From the NCBI GenBank assembly GCA_963663405.2, contig CAXXSM010000081.1:1-18944 (forward strand): DNA of 18,944 nucleotides, written 5' to 3'. The stretch is from a bacterium (GTDB lineage: Bacteria; Hinthialibacterota; Hinthialibacteria; Hinthialibacterales; Hinthialibacteraceae). Shown one piece after another: positions 8,794 to 18,942 of the stretch. Under the pieces are notes generated by a model. That model searched no databases. It saw nothing but the letters and a program-made list of their open reading frames with translations, and was not told where the DNA came from. The position numbers and the translations under genes are program-made. The first letter of the stretch is position 1. Each line of letters starts with the position of its first letter.

Positions 8794-10260
8794 ATGTCTG
8801 AAAAGAAGAATTTAACAAACGCAGTCGGATCGCCAGTCGCCGACAATCAGAACGTGATGACCGCTGGATCGCGTGGCCCAATGTTACTGCAGGACGTGTG
8901 GTTTTTGGAAAAACTCGCTCATTTTGACCGGGAGGTAATTCCAGAACGCCGCATGCACGCCAAGGGTTCCGGCGCGTTTGGCGCCTTTACCGTCACCCAC
9001 GACATCTCCAAGTACACAAAGGCCAAGATTTTTTCCGAGATCGGGAAAAAGACCGAAATGTTTGTTCGCTTTTCAACGGTGGCTGGTGAGCGCGGCGCGG
9101 CGGATGCCGAACGTGACATCCGTGGTTTTGCTATTAAGTTTTACACCGAAGAAGGAAACTGGGACTTGGTCGGTAATAACACACCCGTTTTTTTCCTTCG
9201 CGATCCACTTAAGTTTCCCGATCTTAACCACGCGGTGAAACGCGATCCAAAAACTAACTTGCGCAGTGCCCGGAACAACTGGGATTTCTGGACCTCATTG
9301 CCCGAGGCTCTACACCAAGTCACTATAACCATGAGCGATCGGGGAATTCCATTATCCTATCGTCACATGAACGGTTATGGGAGTCACACATACAGTATGA
9401 TCAATGCTGCAGGTGAAAGGTTCTGGATTAAGTTTCATTTGAAGACACAGCAGGGAATTAAAACGTTAACGGATGCAGAGGCAGAAGCAATCATCGGAAA
9501 GTGTCGAGAGAGCCATCAGCGGGATCTATTCGATAGTATTGAAAAGGGAGATTTCCCTAAATGGAACATGAAGATTCAGATTGTTCCGGAGAAAGACGCC
9601 GCTAAATTCCCGTTCAATCCTTTTGATCTTACCAAAGTATGGCCGCATAAAGATTATCCACTCATCGACGTTGGCGTGATGGAATTGAATCGGAATCCAG
9701 AGAACTATTTTGCAGAGGTAGAGCAGTCCGCTTTTAATCCTGCAAACATTGTGCCCGGAATCGGTTTTTCTCCCGACAAGATGCTTCAGGGACGACTCTT
9801 TTCCTATGGCGACGCGCAGCGATACCGGCTGGGAGTCAACCATCATCTGATCCCAGTGAATCGCGCCCGCTGTCCGGTTCACGGGTATCATCGCGATGGC
9901 TTAATGCGAGTAGACGACAATTACGGTGGAACTCTCGGCTACGAACCCAATAGCTATGGCGAGTGGCAGGAACAACCAGACTGCAAAGAACCGCCGCTAA
10001 GCCTGGAAGGTGCTGCAGATCATTGGAACCATCGAGAAGATGATGACGATTATTTCTCACAACCCGGTGATTTGTTCAGAATAATGAGCGCTGATCAACA
10101 AAAACGGCTCTTCGAAAACACCGCCAGGGCGATGGGAGATGCACCGAAAGAGATAAAGATTCGACACATAGGTAATTGCCTGAAAGCTGATCCGGCTTAC
10201 GGGGAAGGCGTCGCTGCCGCTTTAGGAATATCGTTAAGCGAGGTAAGTTCAGATAAGTAG
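8794..10260 (+). CDS. katA: Monofunctional small-subunit heme catalase, 488 aa
   Basis: Active-site [27 protein letters not shown], heme-ligand RLFSYGDAQ; AAGGAG RBS. Confidence 0.97.
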   Translation: MSEKKNLTNAVGSPVADNQNVMTAGSRGPMLLQDVWFLEKLAHFDREVIPERRMHAKGSGAFGAFTVTHDISKYTKAKIFSEIGKKTEMFVRFSTVAGERGAADAERDIRGFAIKFYTEEGNWDLVGNNTPVFFLRDPLKFPDLNHAVKRDPKTNLRSARNNWDFWTSLPEALHQVTITMSDRGIPLSYRHMNGYGSHTYSMINAAGERFWIKFHLKTQQGIKTLTDAEAEAIIGKCRESHQRDLFDSIEKGDFPKWNMKIQIVPEKDAAKFPFNPFDLTKVWPHKDYPLIDVGVMELNRNPENYFAEVEQSAFNPANIVPGIGFSPDKMLQGRLFSYGDAQRYRLGVNHHLIPVNRARCPVHGYHRDGLMRVDDNYGGTLGYEPNSYGEWQEQPDCKEPPLSLEGAADHWNHREDDDDYFSQPGDLFRIMSADQQKRLFENTARAMGDAPKEIKIRHIGNCLKADPAYGEGVAAALGISLSEVSSDK

Positions 10261-10302
10261 AGTGAAGCGTATATCAACAAAACGCAGTAAATTGTTATTA
10301 TC

Positions 10303-10347
10303 GACAGCCGGATGTTATGAAACGAATTCGTTCTTCATCCGGCTGTC
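10303..10347. terminator. Inverted repeat downstream of katA
   Basis: GACAGCCGGATG / CATCCGGCTGTC, perfect 12 bp with 21-nt loop; no clear U-tract. Confidence 0.5.
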
Positions 10348-10393
10348 AACTATTGATAAGGTGAATGGATGAAAGTGGATAACGATATCGCTA

Positions 10394-11298
10394 TTAAGGT
10401 TCATGTTTTCCAACCGCGCCAAAACGCTGCTTCATGTTAAAGTTATCAACAAATTCAGCGAAAGCGTAGCTGGTAAAAATCGGTTCTTGATCGGAGATTA
10501 TATGCTTCGGAGAGCCATGGATTTCAATTGCTTGTTCCAAGGTTTCTATTGTCCAACCGGCATTGGGGCCTTCCAGGGGAGAGCAGCAAACCACCTTCCG
10601 GGAATAATGGTCAATTGCAACAAGAACGTATGTTGGCCACAATCCCCACCGAAACACAATCGTTCGATCGACACTCCACACGTGATTGGGATACCAAGCC
10701 GGGATGGACCGCTGGGAGGATTGACCACTATTTTTTCCAGCCGGATTGGGCGCCAGAGATGGTTCCCCTGGTGGATAAGGTCGTTGCAGGATGTTGCGAA
10801 CCGTCGAGGCCGCCAAGAAAATGTTAAGAAGGGATAACTGAAGAGAAATCCGAATCCGTCCCCAATGCGGATTGGCTTTGGCAATTTCCCAGACGAGTAG
10901 GGCCACTTCGATAGGAGTTTTGTTTGCTGGTTCGTTTTTGTTCCCACTTTGATTTCGATATTCTTCAGCCATCGATTAATCGTTGATCGAGCCACACCAA
11001 GTCATTTCGTCATCTCCCGAGTGGAAATTTGAAAATATTCCTTGTACCGAAGAATCCATAACCGTTCTCGAAGTGAATAGCGTGGTTTATGATTCTTATC
11101 TCTTCCTTGTTTTCGCAAAATTTCTAGTTCCGTTTCCAATTGAAAAATGCGATTACGAAGAAATTGGTTCTCGACTTCGGGATTGTTCTCCTCTTCAGCA
11201 AGATTTTTCATTTGCTTGAAACGAGTAACTCCCGCCCATTGAGCTGACAAGAGGAGAGCCTTCAAAATCAAAGGAATTGCCGCTTGAATTACGTCCAT
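10394..11298 (-). pseudogene. Integrase-core (rve) transposase, IS481/IS3-like; nonsense + frameshift + 3' truncation
   Basis: MDVIQAA...STREMTK*LGVARSTINRWLKN (HTH), frameshift near 10950, then NPHWGRIRI, PNHVWSVD, VAIDHYSRKV, PKHIISDQ. Ends at GAVGKH before the expected catalytic Glu. Confidence 0.85.
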
Positions 11299-11332
11299 AG
11301 TGGTCCCGTTTATGAGTATGTATTGAAATGGG

Positions 11333-11361
11333 ATCCTATGTATTAACATCAATATTGTCAA
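11333..11361 (-). promoter_or_regulatory. Sigma70-type promoter for the rve transposase
   Basis: TTGACA-17 nt-TAGGAT on the minus strand, just inside a probable element end TGTGCCTGTT at 11399. Confidence 0.6.
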
Positions 11362-11748
11362 CCGGTTATCGGTGGACCGATTCTTGGATAACAGGCACAC
11401 TGGGACCGATGTAAGAATCCCCCTCAATTTGTTTGGACCTAAGTAAAAAAGACAATTCCATCTTGAAGACTTGCCAATGTAACAGGATAAGTGCGCCTAT
11501 AGGCTGATAATTTCAACTCGACGGTTCCTGTTCATACCCACTATTTCACTTACACGTTCTTTTTTTTCTGGATTTTCTATGAAATTAAACTTACATTTAT
11601 CAAACAACATAGTTGATCTTTGTAATTTCAATTAAAATGAATATTTTTCAAGAAGAATCGCTCAATTTAGGTTATTGAATGCTTTAGTGGCTCTCATGGG
11701 TATTGAGAGAGCCACGAAAGAGTGGTTACTTGTAAGGAGGTGATTACC

Positions 11749-11971
11749 ATAGAAAAATCGAAATCGATAACTAGCGAAAGGCACGAATCAGTGCGTTTTA
11801 TAGGCAGATGCGTATGCGGGAATATCTTGGAACCGGCGTTTAATCCTAATTTGAATATTGTTTTTTTGGAATTGTTTTGAATGCTTTCCATTCTACGATC
11901 GGGCCACGAAAGAACAGCGGGAAGAATTGATCCAGTCGTTTGAGGATAATGGATTCTTAAAACGAGAGTAG
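11749..11971 (+). pseudogene. Cryptic ~73 aa zinc-ribbon-like protein (ATA start, +1 T frameshift)
   Basis: Perfect SD TAAGGAGGTGA (11733-11743). RCVCGNILEPAFNPNLNIVF/WNCFECFPFYD...FLKRE* after removing one T from 11861-11867. Confidence 0.55.
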
Positions 11972-12114
11972 TGACGCCTTTATATTTTTTTTCTTTGCAG
12001 ATACAAAACGCGATTTACAATAATAGAATTTTTTTCTTTTTGGGCTTCAGCCTATAGAAATTACGCCGGGTAAGACGTACATCAGTACACTCTACTCAGC
12101 GGCTATTTGGAAGG

Positions 12115-12348
12115 TTAAAGAATTTTCGCTAAAAACGACGCCCATACCAAGACAGCGGTTGGTTTCGACGGGTTTACACTTTTACGTAGGTGACGTTGAC
12201 AAGGCCTGACCAAGTTCCAATCCGAACACCGCCGATCGAGAGTTTTTTCTTTCGCCGAGGTATCAGGATCGGGTTCTTCCGGTTCTACGGGAATATGTTC
12301 CGCCTCCAGCTGCCAATCCGGCTCATTCTCACCTATAAAATCATTCAT
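12115..12348 (-). CDS. Small acidic hypothetical protein (3' frame uncertain)
   Basis: AAGGA RBS before ATG; follows the FGE gene co-directionally. Confidence 0.4.
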   Translation of the reverse strand: MNDFIGENEPDWQLEAEHIPVEPEEPDPDTSAKEKTLDRRCSDWNLVRPCQRHLRKSVNPSKPTAVLVWASFLAKIL

Positions 12349-12432
12349 TTCTTTCCTTGCAAAGTATTCTAGATTTTTGGTAGATACTGATGATGGAAAA
12401 AAAACAAAAGTTAAGGATACAAGAGTAAAAGG

Positions 12433-14216
12433 TTAAGGCGTCCGGGAAACCGCCACACGGAATCCTAGGTTATTGAGCGAAGAGTCTGGTGTGCGACCAT
12501 AGCGGTTCGCCGAACGGCAGTACATAGGATCGTTTGTACCAATAATCACCGCGAATTGCGCGATTTGAACTGGTTTCACTCGATTGATTTATTGGGTCAA
12601 TCTCCGGCGAATTTTCCATAATAATGAACATCGTACACATCCAGACACCATTCCGCCACATTTCCGCTCATATCAAAGAGTCCCCAATCATTTGGCAGTT
12701 TTAATCCTACCTCTTTTACCCCATCAGGACTGTTATTTCCATTAAACCAGGCGTAATCGTGGATCATCGTGTAATCCGAATCCTCCCCCCAATAAAACGC
12801 CGTCTCCGTTCCGGCCCGGCAAGCGTACTCCCATTCTGCTTCTGAGGGCAACCGGAATAGTCCTTGCCCTAATTCATTCATTTTCCCTATGAATGTCTGG
12901 CAGTCATTCCAACTCACATAGTAAACGGGATAGTTGTTTCCAACGCCATAATCATTTGACGGATTACTGCCCATTATCGCTTCCCACTGCGCCTGTGTCA
13001 CCTCATATTTCCCAAGATAAAAATCTTGTGTGATTGTCACTTGATGTCTTGGCCCTTCATCATCCCCACGGTTTTTCTCATTATCTGGGCTGCCCATCAT
13101 GAATGTTCCTGAGGGGATCAATATCATCTCTAACCGCATTGCGCCGGCTGGGAGATTGGGAATGTCTATCGTGATTTCAGTTAGAGAAGTTGGGGTTGGG
13201 GTATTGGTTGGGGTTGATGTCGGGATATTAGTGGGTATGGCTGTAGGTATAGCTGTGGGTATTAGTGTTGGTATGGAAGTGGGTATTTCCGTTGAAGGAA
13301 TCACTTGAGTCGGCGTTGGAGTTGGTTCTACATCTGGCGCCTCTTCTTCCACTTGGTACATCAACTTGCCGCTGACCATCTTAGATACACTGACTTCAGG
13401 ATCTAATGGCATTAGGAACACTTTGAATTGATAAGTATGTCCGTTTTCAGGTCCGTTAATAAACGTCTCTTTGGTTTTAAAATCTTGGTTGGGAGTCCAC
13501 CAGAAGTAATTGATTTTTCCTGTGAGAGTCTGTCCTAACATCGTAAAATTAGCGCCATCTACACTTACATACACATGATATTCATTTACAGTCGCTGGAT
13601 CCACATCGAAATTCCATGCGATTTGGATCGCGCGCCAATCGGCCCGATCCATGTCGGAGCCTATACTCCCCTGTGGCGCTATATCATCAATGCCAAGAAT
13701 GTCATCACAGATCACAACTTTCTTTTCTTTGATATACGGCGGCTCCGGTTGCGCGACGGATAATTTGTTTCCACCTTCAAGATTGAATCCAACCGCGCCA
13801 GTCATATCATAGAAATCGTCCGGTCCCAGCGATCCATCGATGCGAATCATGCGAAACGTATAAACAGAATTGAAATCAGGTCCATTTTCAAATTCTTTGC
13901 TCACGCGAGGCGCGTTTGGATACCAGTCAAAGCTGACATCATTGCCCGCTCCCGTGGCGCCCAAGTATTTCATACCACCGAAACCTTTGCGAATGTAAAC
14001 GTGCCAATTGGTCGCGCCGGTTTGCGAGCCCTTGCAGTAAATAGTCAAGTTGCGATTATCGATAGGATCGAGATCGGTGTCGCCAGTCAAGTCACCCGAT
14101 GTGTCTCCTGGATTATCAAAGATGACTACGGAAGCGTTCTCAACCGCCCTCGTGTCAGCTAAAGTGAAAGAGAACATCAATAACAGAATTGAACATCTAT
14201 GGACTATCTTTCTCAT
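12433..14216 (-). CDS. Secreted FGE-sulfatase (SUMF1/C-type lectin fold) domain protein with two N-terminal beta-rich repeats and PT linker; 3' end frameshifted twice
   Basis: Signal peptide; PTxxPT linker; IPSGTFMMGS, YEVTQAQW, RLPSEAEWEYACRAG, GLFDMSGNVAEW. Removing one base at 12612-12615 and one at 12533-12535 restores RGDYWYNDPMYCRSANR...NNLGFRVAVSRTP*. Confidence 0.88.
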
Positions 14217-14501
14217 TCCTATTTCCTCCATACTATAAATTGTTTGATATTAACATATTCTTAAAAAGATTGTATAGTCCATATATTCGAATCATTTTGA
14301 TTTTTCCAAAAAGATTTTTGAGGAATTTATTTTCTATAACGAACGCGATAGTAAGGTTGAAATTGGAAGACTGAAAGATATACCAACGCAAGTGAGAACA
14401 AATTGTACGCTATTTGGTTCTTTCCCAAACCACAATCCGTTCCGCCACATAGGCGACTCTTGTAAATTGGAGAGCCGCCACGAGGATGACTCAACTAGAG
14501 T

Positions 14502-14816
14502 GTGATTGAAATGAATGAAAACACAAACCAACTTATGAATGAAAAAACCGTAAGCAAAGCCGAGAAGGCGAAGCAAATCCCTAACCTGGATCATCTTCAT
14601 ATGATCTGGCAATGTTTTTCGCTGCATGAATTTTTAGAGGAAGAAGTTTTGGACTACTTGAACGACAAACTATTCAATGAATCTCTCAAGACGAAGTTGG
14701 ATGAAGGGCAATTCGATCAATCTCTCTACGATCTTCTTATCATGCGTCGCGCGTTTGAGTTGATGAAAAAATTCTATCGTGAAAGAGGATTTGTTTTCGA
14801 GATGGAAAAGAAATGA
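14502..14816 (+). CDS. Hypothetical protein (~100 aa, helical)
   Basis: Open frame with protein-like composition; no recognised motif; start uncertain. Confidence 0.6.
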   Translation: MIEMNENTNQLMNEKTVSKAEKAKQIPNLDHLHMIWQCFSLHEFLEEEVLDYLNDKLFNESLKTKLDEGQFDQSLYDLLIMRRAFELMKKFYRERGFVFEMEKK

Positions 14817-15023
14817 GATTTTTTTGACGCGTTCGATTTTCGTTGTCTTTAGTCTTGAAGACAACCAAAATCAAATGAGGTGAAACATATGGAAGAGAAA
14901 AGAGATTATCCAACAGACCGGTTTCGAGAGGAACCAGACGCGCGGGATCGGTTGCTGAATCTGATCGCAAGCGATGGGCAATCGGATCGCCATCACGACG
15001 ATGAATTACGCGCGGCCTGACAA

Positions 15024-15730
15024 TCAGAATTCGGTCCGATCGTATAATCCATTTTTTCTTTTTTTTACTGTCGGTTGCTTCGATCGTTTTCTCAATCCCA
15101 TCATCAAAAAAAGGTTCAAATGCAAAGCCCGAATCCAAAGCCGAGAAGTTTTTGAATTTCTTCTCACAGGTATTCTTGGCTCGGGCACGACATTTATGAA
15201 CCGATTCTTAATCCATCTCTTTGCAGTTGACAATAAATTATAGGGAGGACCGGGATTCAATTTCCAGATTTGAACGGTCTCTTTCTCTCGTTTGGTTTGG
15301 ATTGATTTATTTTGCAAGGTTTCAGATTTCTGACTGGTCTCTTTGCTCGTACCGGAATCACACCGTTTGGAAGGTTCTTGCTGCGCGGATTTATTTGAAG
15401 CATCAATGGAAAGCGGAGTCTGTTTCTCATATATTTTCTCTTGCACCGTAGTCTCAGGTATTAAATTGGGAGATTGAAATTGATGCGCAGGCTGCAATTC
15501 TGTTTGAATCGCATAGTCATCGTATTGTTCTGAATTGTTATGGGTTGAAAAACGGGTGATTTTTTTTCTGCGATCGGTTCGATAACGATTTTAGCGTTTT
15601 GTGGTGTCTTTCCGAGAATGAATTTTCTAATCGATTGGATCCAAGAGAAGAATTGAACCGAACAAGTTGTTCTCTTGCGAGGGCCATATTTCACCGCCAA
15701 TTTTCTTTTCGCAATATTTTTCTTTGCCAT
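15024..15730 (-). CDS. Basic low-complexity hypothetical protein, probably one gene frameshifted at T8 15560-15567
   Basis: ORFs 15461..15730 and 15024..15497 overlap; adding one base to the run joins IAEKK to ITRFSTHNNSEQYDDYAIQTELQPAHQ. Confidence 0.45.
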
Positions 15731-16174
15731 ACAAGCATGGAATCTGTTGAACTATAAAAGTATTTCGGTAGTGAAAAAGATAGATTGGTATGGACTTTTC
15801 CGGAGTAAGATGTGGAGAGAAAAAATTAGATCGTTCCTATTTATATATTGTAGAGAAAGGATGACCCATATTGGAATGATTTGGTTTGCGTGATGGGAAG
15901 GGAGATGCAATCAACTGTTTGATGTTTTTTTGATTTCTTGATTTTAGTATTGGCTCCCCTTGGGGCGAGGACACGCAGATGCGCTTATCGTAAATCTTTC
16001 CTTCTTCGAATTATTTACAAAGGAATATTTGTCTCGAAAGAAAAATTTATCGAGCGATCCGCTTAACGTCCTTCGCCTTTTTTTTACGTGGCCGCATGTT
16101 TTATCCGAGGATCTTGTTTTTTTCGATGGCTCTTAAATGAGTGAAGAGCCATCAGAAAAGGTTCTTTGGAGGTC

Positions 16175-16447
16175 ATGAAAATGAATTGTCGTGAAAGCGA
16201 ATGGCTAGAGAGCATAACATATGATAGAGATGAAACCGGCGACGATTTCGGTCTAGACGTTATCGAACAGCAACGCAGCCTCGAGCGCGCGTCGAATCCG
16301 GATTTTGCCTTTGAGTTTTGCGGTCTTCCTTGGATCAGTGAAGACGTGGCATACAAGATGATTGAACTGGAGCAGAAAACGAAGCAGGTTCTCCCTTGGG
16401 AGAAACAACGTGTCCAGGCGTTTTGCCGTAAACTGGGATATTCTTGA
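16175..16447 (+). CDS. Hypothetical protein (~90 aa)
   Basis: GGAGG before ATG AAA ATG; T-rich tail after stop. Confidence 0.6.
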   Translation: MKMNCRESEWLESITYDRDETGDDFGLDVIEQQRSLERASNPDFAFEFCGLPWISEDVAYKMIELEQKTKQVLPWEKQRVQAFCRKLGYS

Positions 16448-16666
16448 TTTTTTCTTTTTGTTTTTTTAAAGCTATGTTGGTTCGGAATGACTCATGTCTC
16501 CATTTTAAATTTGGAATCATTCCGAACGATCTTTCATCCGCGCCGCTGGCGCGGATTGCGTTTGTGGGATTGTGAGAGGCTAATTTCTACGGTCATAGCC
16601 TTAGTGGTGGCTTTCTGATTTATGAGAAAGCCCCCTTCGCGGGTGGCATTATTGGAGCGTGATAGC

Positions 16667-16981
16667 ATGAATGAAGAGGTTTTAAGAGTAGATAAAGGAG
16701 AAATTGAACACGAGCGGATCATGACTTGTTTTCGTAGAATGGCGGCATGGAATCATGATGAACGGCGCATTCATTCGTTATTCGGCAGCGCGGCGAGCCA
16801 GCCGGTTTTGCGGGATCATGTAGATCGCTTCTATTCCACACGGTTAGGATTTGAATCGGTCACTGCGGGAACGGATTCTGATTTTTTTATTCTGATGCGC
16901 CATGAATGGGAGATTCTTACGATGGCGTTTGATCTGTTGGATGAGCTATATCGGAGAGATGAGTTTATGCTGTTTCATTGA
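16667..16981 (+). CDS. Hypothetical protein (~104 aa)
   Basis: GGAG before ATG AAT GAA; terminator follows. Confidence 0.6.
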   Translation: MNEEVLRVDKGEIEHERIMTCFRRMAAWNHDERRIHSLFGSAASQPVLRDHVDRFYSTRLGFESVTAGTDSDFFILMRHEWEILTMAFDLLDELYRRDEFMLFH

Positions 16982-17004
16982 GATCTTTTAGGTTTGGTAT
17001 TTTG

Positions 17005-17037
17005 GCGAACCTTCTCATCGAAGGTCCGCGTTTTTTT
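17005..17037 (+). terminator. Intrinsic terminator
   Basis: GCGAACCTTC-tcatc-GAAGGTCCGC then G and T7. Confidence 0.65.
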
Positions 17038-17326
17038 ATTGAAATGAATTTGGTCCTTCGGACGGTCTTACTTTCACCCTCGCCTTCGGCGAGGGTTAGG
17101 ATTTTTTGAGATGAACGAGATTTAGATTTTGACTTGGATAATGAATTGAATGGATTTGGGTTGATGATACTTCTCTGACGGTAGATTTATCTGGATTGAA
17201 TAGGATTGTTTTTTTGGGTCGGGCCCCCCGCCTTTGGGCGGGGAGAAAGTTTTTTTTTTGAATGATGAAGAGGTCATAATTTTTTTTAAAGAGTTTTTTT
17301 TAAGAAGAATTTCTTTTTGATGGTTT

Positions 17327-17692
17327 GATTTGATTTACAGGGTGGGTGGGGGGGATATAACCCGTGTAAATGTAAATCAAATCCGAGCCATTGGGAGATA
17401 ACTTATTTTTAGGCATGACTTTCTCACTTCGTTACAATAAATTTCGATTGTTTTTTTTTCGGAAATTCTATCCCATCAAGCCGAATTAACCCCTTGTAGG
17501 AAAGAATGGCTGCCTTTTCATGTGGTTAAACATCTAAATTTTTTCATGGATGCAAAAAATCAAGAAATTTTGAGAGGATTTTTTTTCTTTCCAACAAAAT
17601 CCAGGCAGGATTTTCTTTTTAGCGGGATTTCCGCGCGTGAATTTGATTTACACGCCTTGTATTTGATTTACATAGCGTGTGTAAATCAAATC
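17327..17692. repeat. Five copies of ATTTGATTTACA in direct and inverted orientation
   Basis: Forward at 17328-17339, 17641-17652, 17661-17672; reverse (TGTAAATCAAAT) at 17371-17382 and 17680-17691. Confidence 0.9.
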
Positions 17693-17761
17693 AAGGCTAT
17701 TTCAGTTGTTTTTATGTCAGGAAATTAATGGAAGGAAAAAAAACGTAGAGAAAAAATGATC

Positions 17762-18172
17762 TTAAAAAAAATATTTGAAGCCTCGTTGGTGGGAAGGATT
17801 TTTTTTGACGAGTATTTTATCGGCCAGAATGTTTTGAGCGCCGATCGAATAAAAATCTTTTTGGAAACTATCGTTAAACGGTAACATCGGTGTACGGTTT
17901 AGATCGACATAGTTGGAATTGTGGATCGCTTGCAGCGAGATATAAAAAATCACGATCACAAAAACAATCATTATCACGGTTAAAATAATCGTTCCGGCAG
18001 AGGGACGATCGTCATACACGCCACGTGAAGACGGTTCGGGCCGTGACTCGGATTCTTCATCCTCATAAAAAAACACAAATGGGGTTTGGGGAGATTCCGG
18101 ACTCTCATCGGATTCCTCCTCATCAAAAAAGAAATCATCCATCGGATTTTTGGACTGGAATGGATCTTTCAT
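17762..18172 (-). CDS. Hypothetical single-pass membrane protein, acidic N-terminus
   Basis: AAGGAG RBS; TM segment IILTVIMIVFVIVIFYISL. Confidence 0.7.
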   Translation of the reverse strand: MKDPFQSKNPMDDFFFDEEESDESPESPQTPFVFFYEDEESESRPEPSSRGVYDDRPSAGTIILTVIMIVFVIVIFYISLQAIHNSNYVDLNRTPMLPFNDSFQKDFYSIGAQNILADKILVKKNPSHQRGFKYFF

Positions 18173-18202
18173 TTCACAGGTCTCCTTCGATCTTTCACAC
18201 GA

Positions 18203-18424
18203 TTATTGATCGTCATCGCGAAAAAACGGATTCTGTTTGGGCTTGGGCGGCTCCGGCGCCTTCCGGAGAAACAGTTGCAGTAACGCGGCTAACGCCACGA
18301 GAAGAACAAATCCTTTTTCAAATAAAAACGTATACAACGTGGAAGACAAATGCGCTCCAACGCAGGCGAGAGCCAGGATGAAAATGACCAAGATACACTG
18401 ACGATTCCAATGCGAGTAGTCCAT
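18203..18424 (-). CDS. Small two-TM hypothetical membrane protein
   Basis: AGGAG RBS; two hydrophobic segments. Confidence 0.7.
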   Translation of the reverse strand: MDYSHWNRQCILVIFILALACVGAHLSSTLYTFLFEKGFVLLVALAALLQLFLRKAPEPPKPKQNPFFRDDDQ

Positions 18425-18456
18425 GATTTTTTTCTCCTATCTTTTTTTATGTGTGT

Positions 18457-18942
18457 TTACTGGACGTTTTTTAAAAAGGTCCATAGTGTTTTGATCTGCA
18501 AGCGTTTTCGCCTGATTTCGTTCTCGAGTTCGAAATTATTTTGGACGCATGTCAGAACATGGTGTTTCTGTTTTTCTGTGGCGACGATAATAATTATTCG
18601 ATCCGCATGAGTGGAACAGCATTGTTTCATGTTGGACACAATCGAGGAATGGCCCGTCTCATATTCGGCCGCGAGGATTATTTTTTTGAATGCGACAACG
18701 TCGATTTGATGCCGCGATGGAGCCAGCATGTGTTCGGTTTGCGTTCTGTAACCACACCGCTGAAAAACCGTGACAATTTTATCGATGGCGAAGGCGTGTT
18801 CGAATCCCCCCTTATGGGATGGCGCCGTTAGATTGAGATATTCCCAGCCCGCCGGAAGAATTTCAAACGCTTTAAAACGGGAGATCGCGTGTTTTCGGAT
18901 CAATCGGCGGCCTTCCAATTCGGCGATGTATTTTCCATACAT
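18457..18942 (-). CDS. C-terminal part of a winged-helix + PD-(D/E)XK nuclease-like protein (5' end outside window)
   Basis: YIAELEGRRLI...FEILPAGWEYL (wHTH end), GGFEH, then EH...IDVVAF...AAEYETG. Confidence 0.65.
   Translation of the reverse strand: MYGKYIAELEGRRLIRKHAISRFKAFEILPAGWEYLNLTAPSHKGGFEHAFAIDKIVTVFQRCGYRTQTEHMLAPSRHQIDVVAFKKIILAAEYETGHSSIVSNMKQCCSTHADRIIIIVATEKQKHHVLTCVQNNFELENEIRRKRLQIKTLWTFLKNVQ

Noticed and set aside
13190-13330. 12-bp periodic repeats as a possible CRISPR or DNA repeat array
   Set aside because: They encode the Pro-Thr linker of the FGE protein; no spacers.
12433-14216. Complete DGR cassette or true formylglycine-generating enzyme
   Set aside because: No AAC-rich template repeat, RT or Avd in the window; catalytic Cys pair absent.
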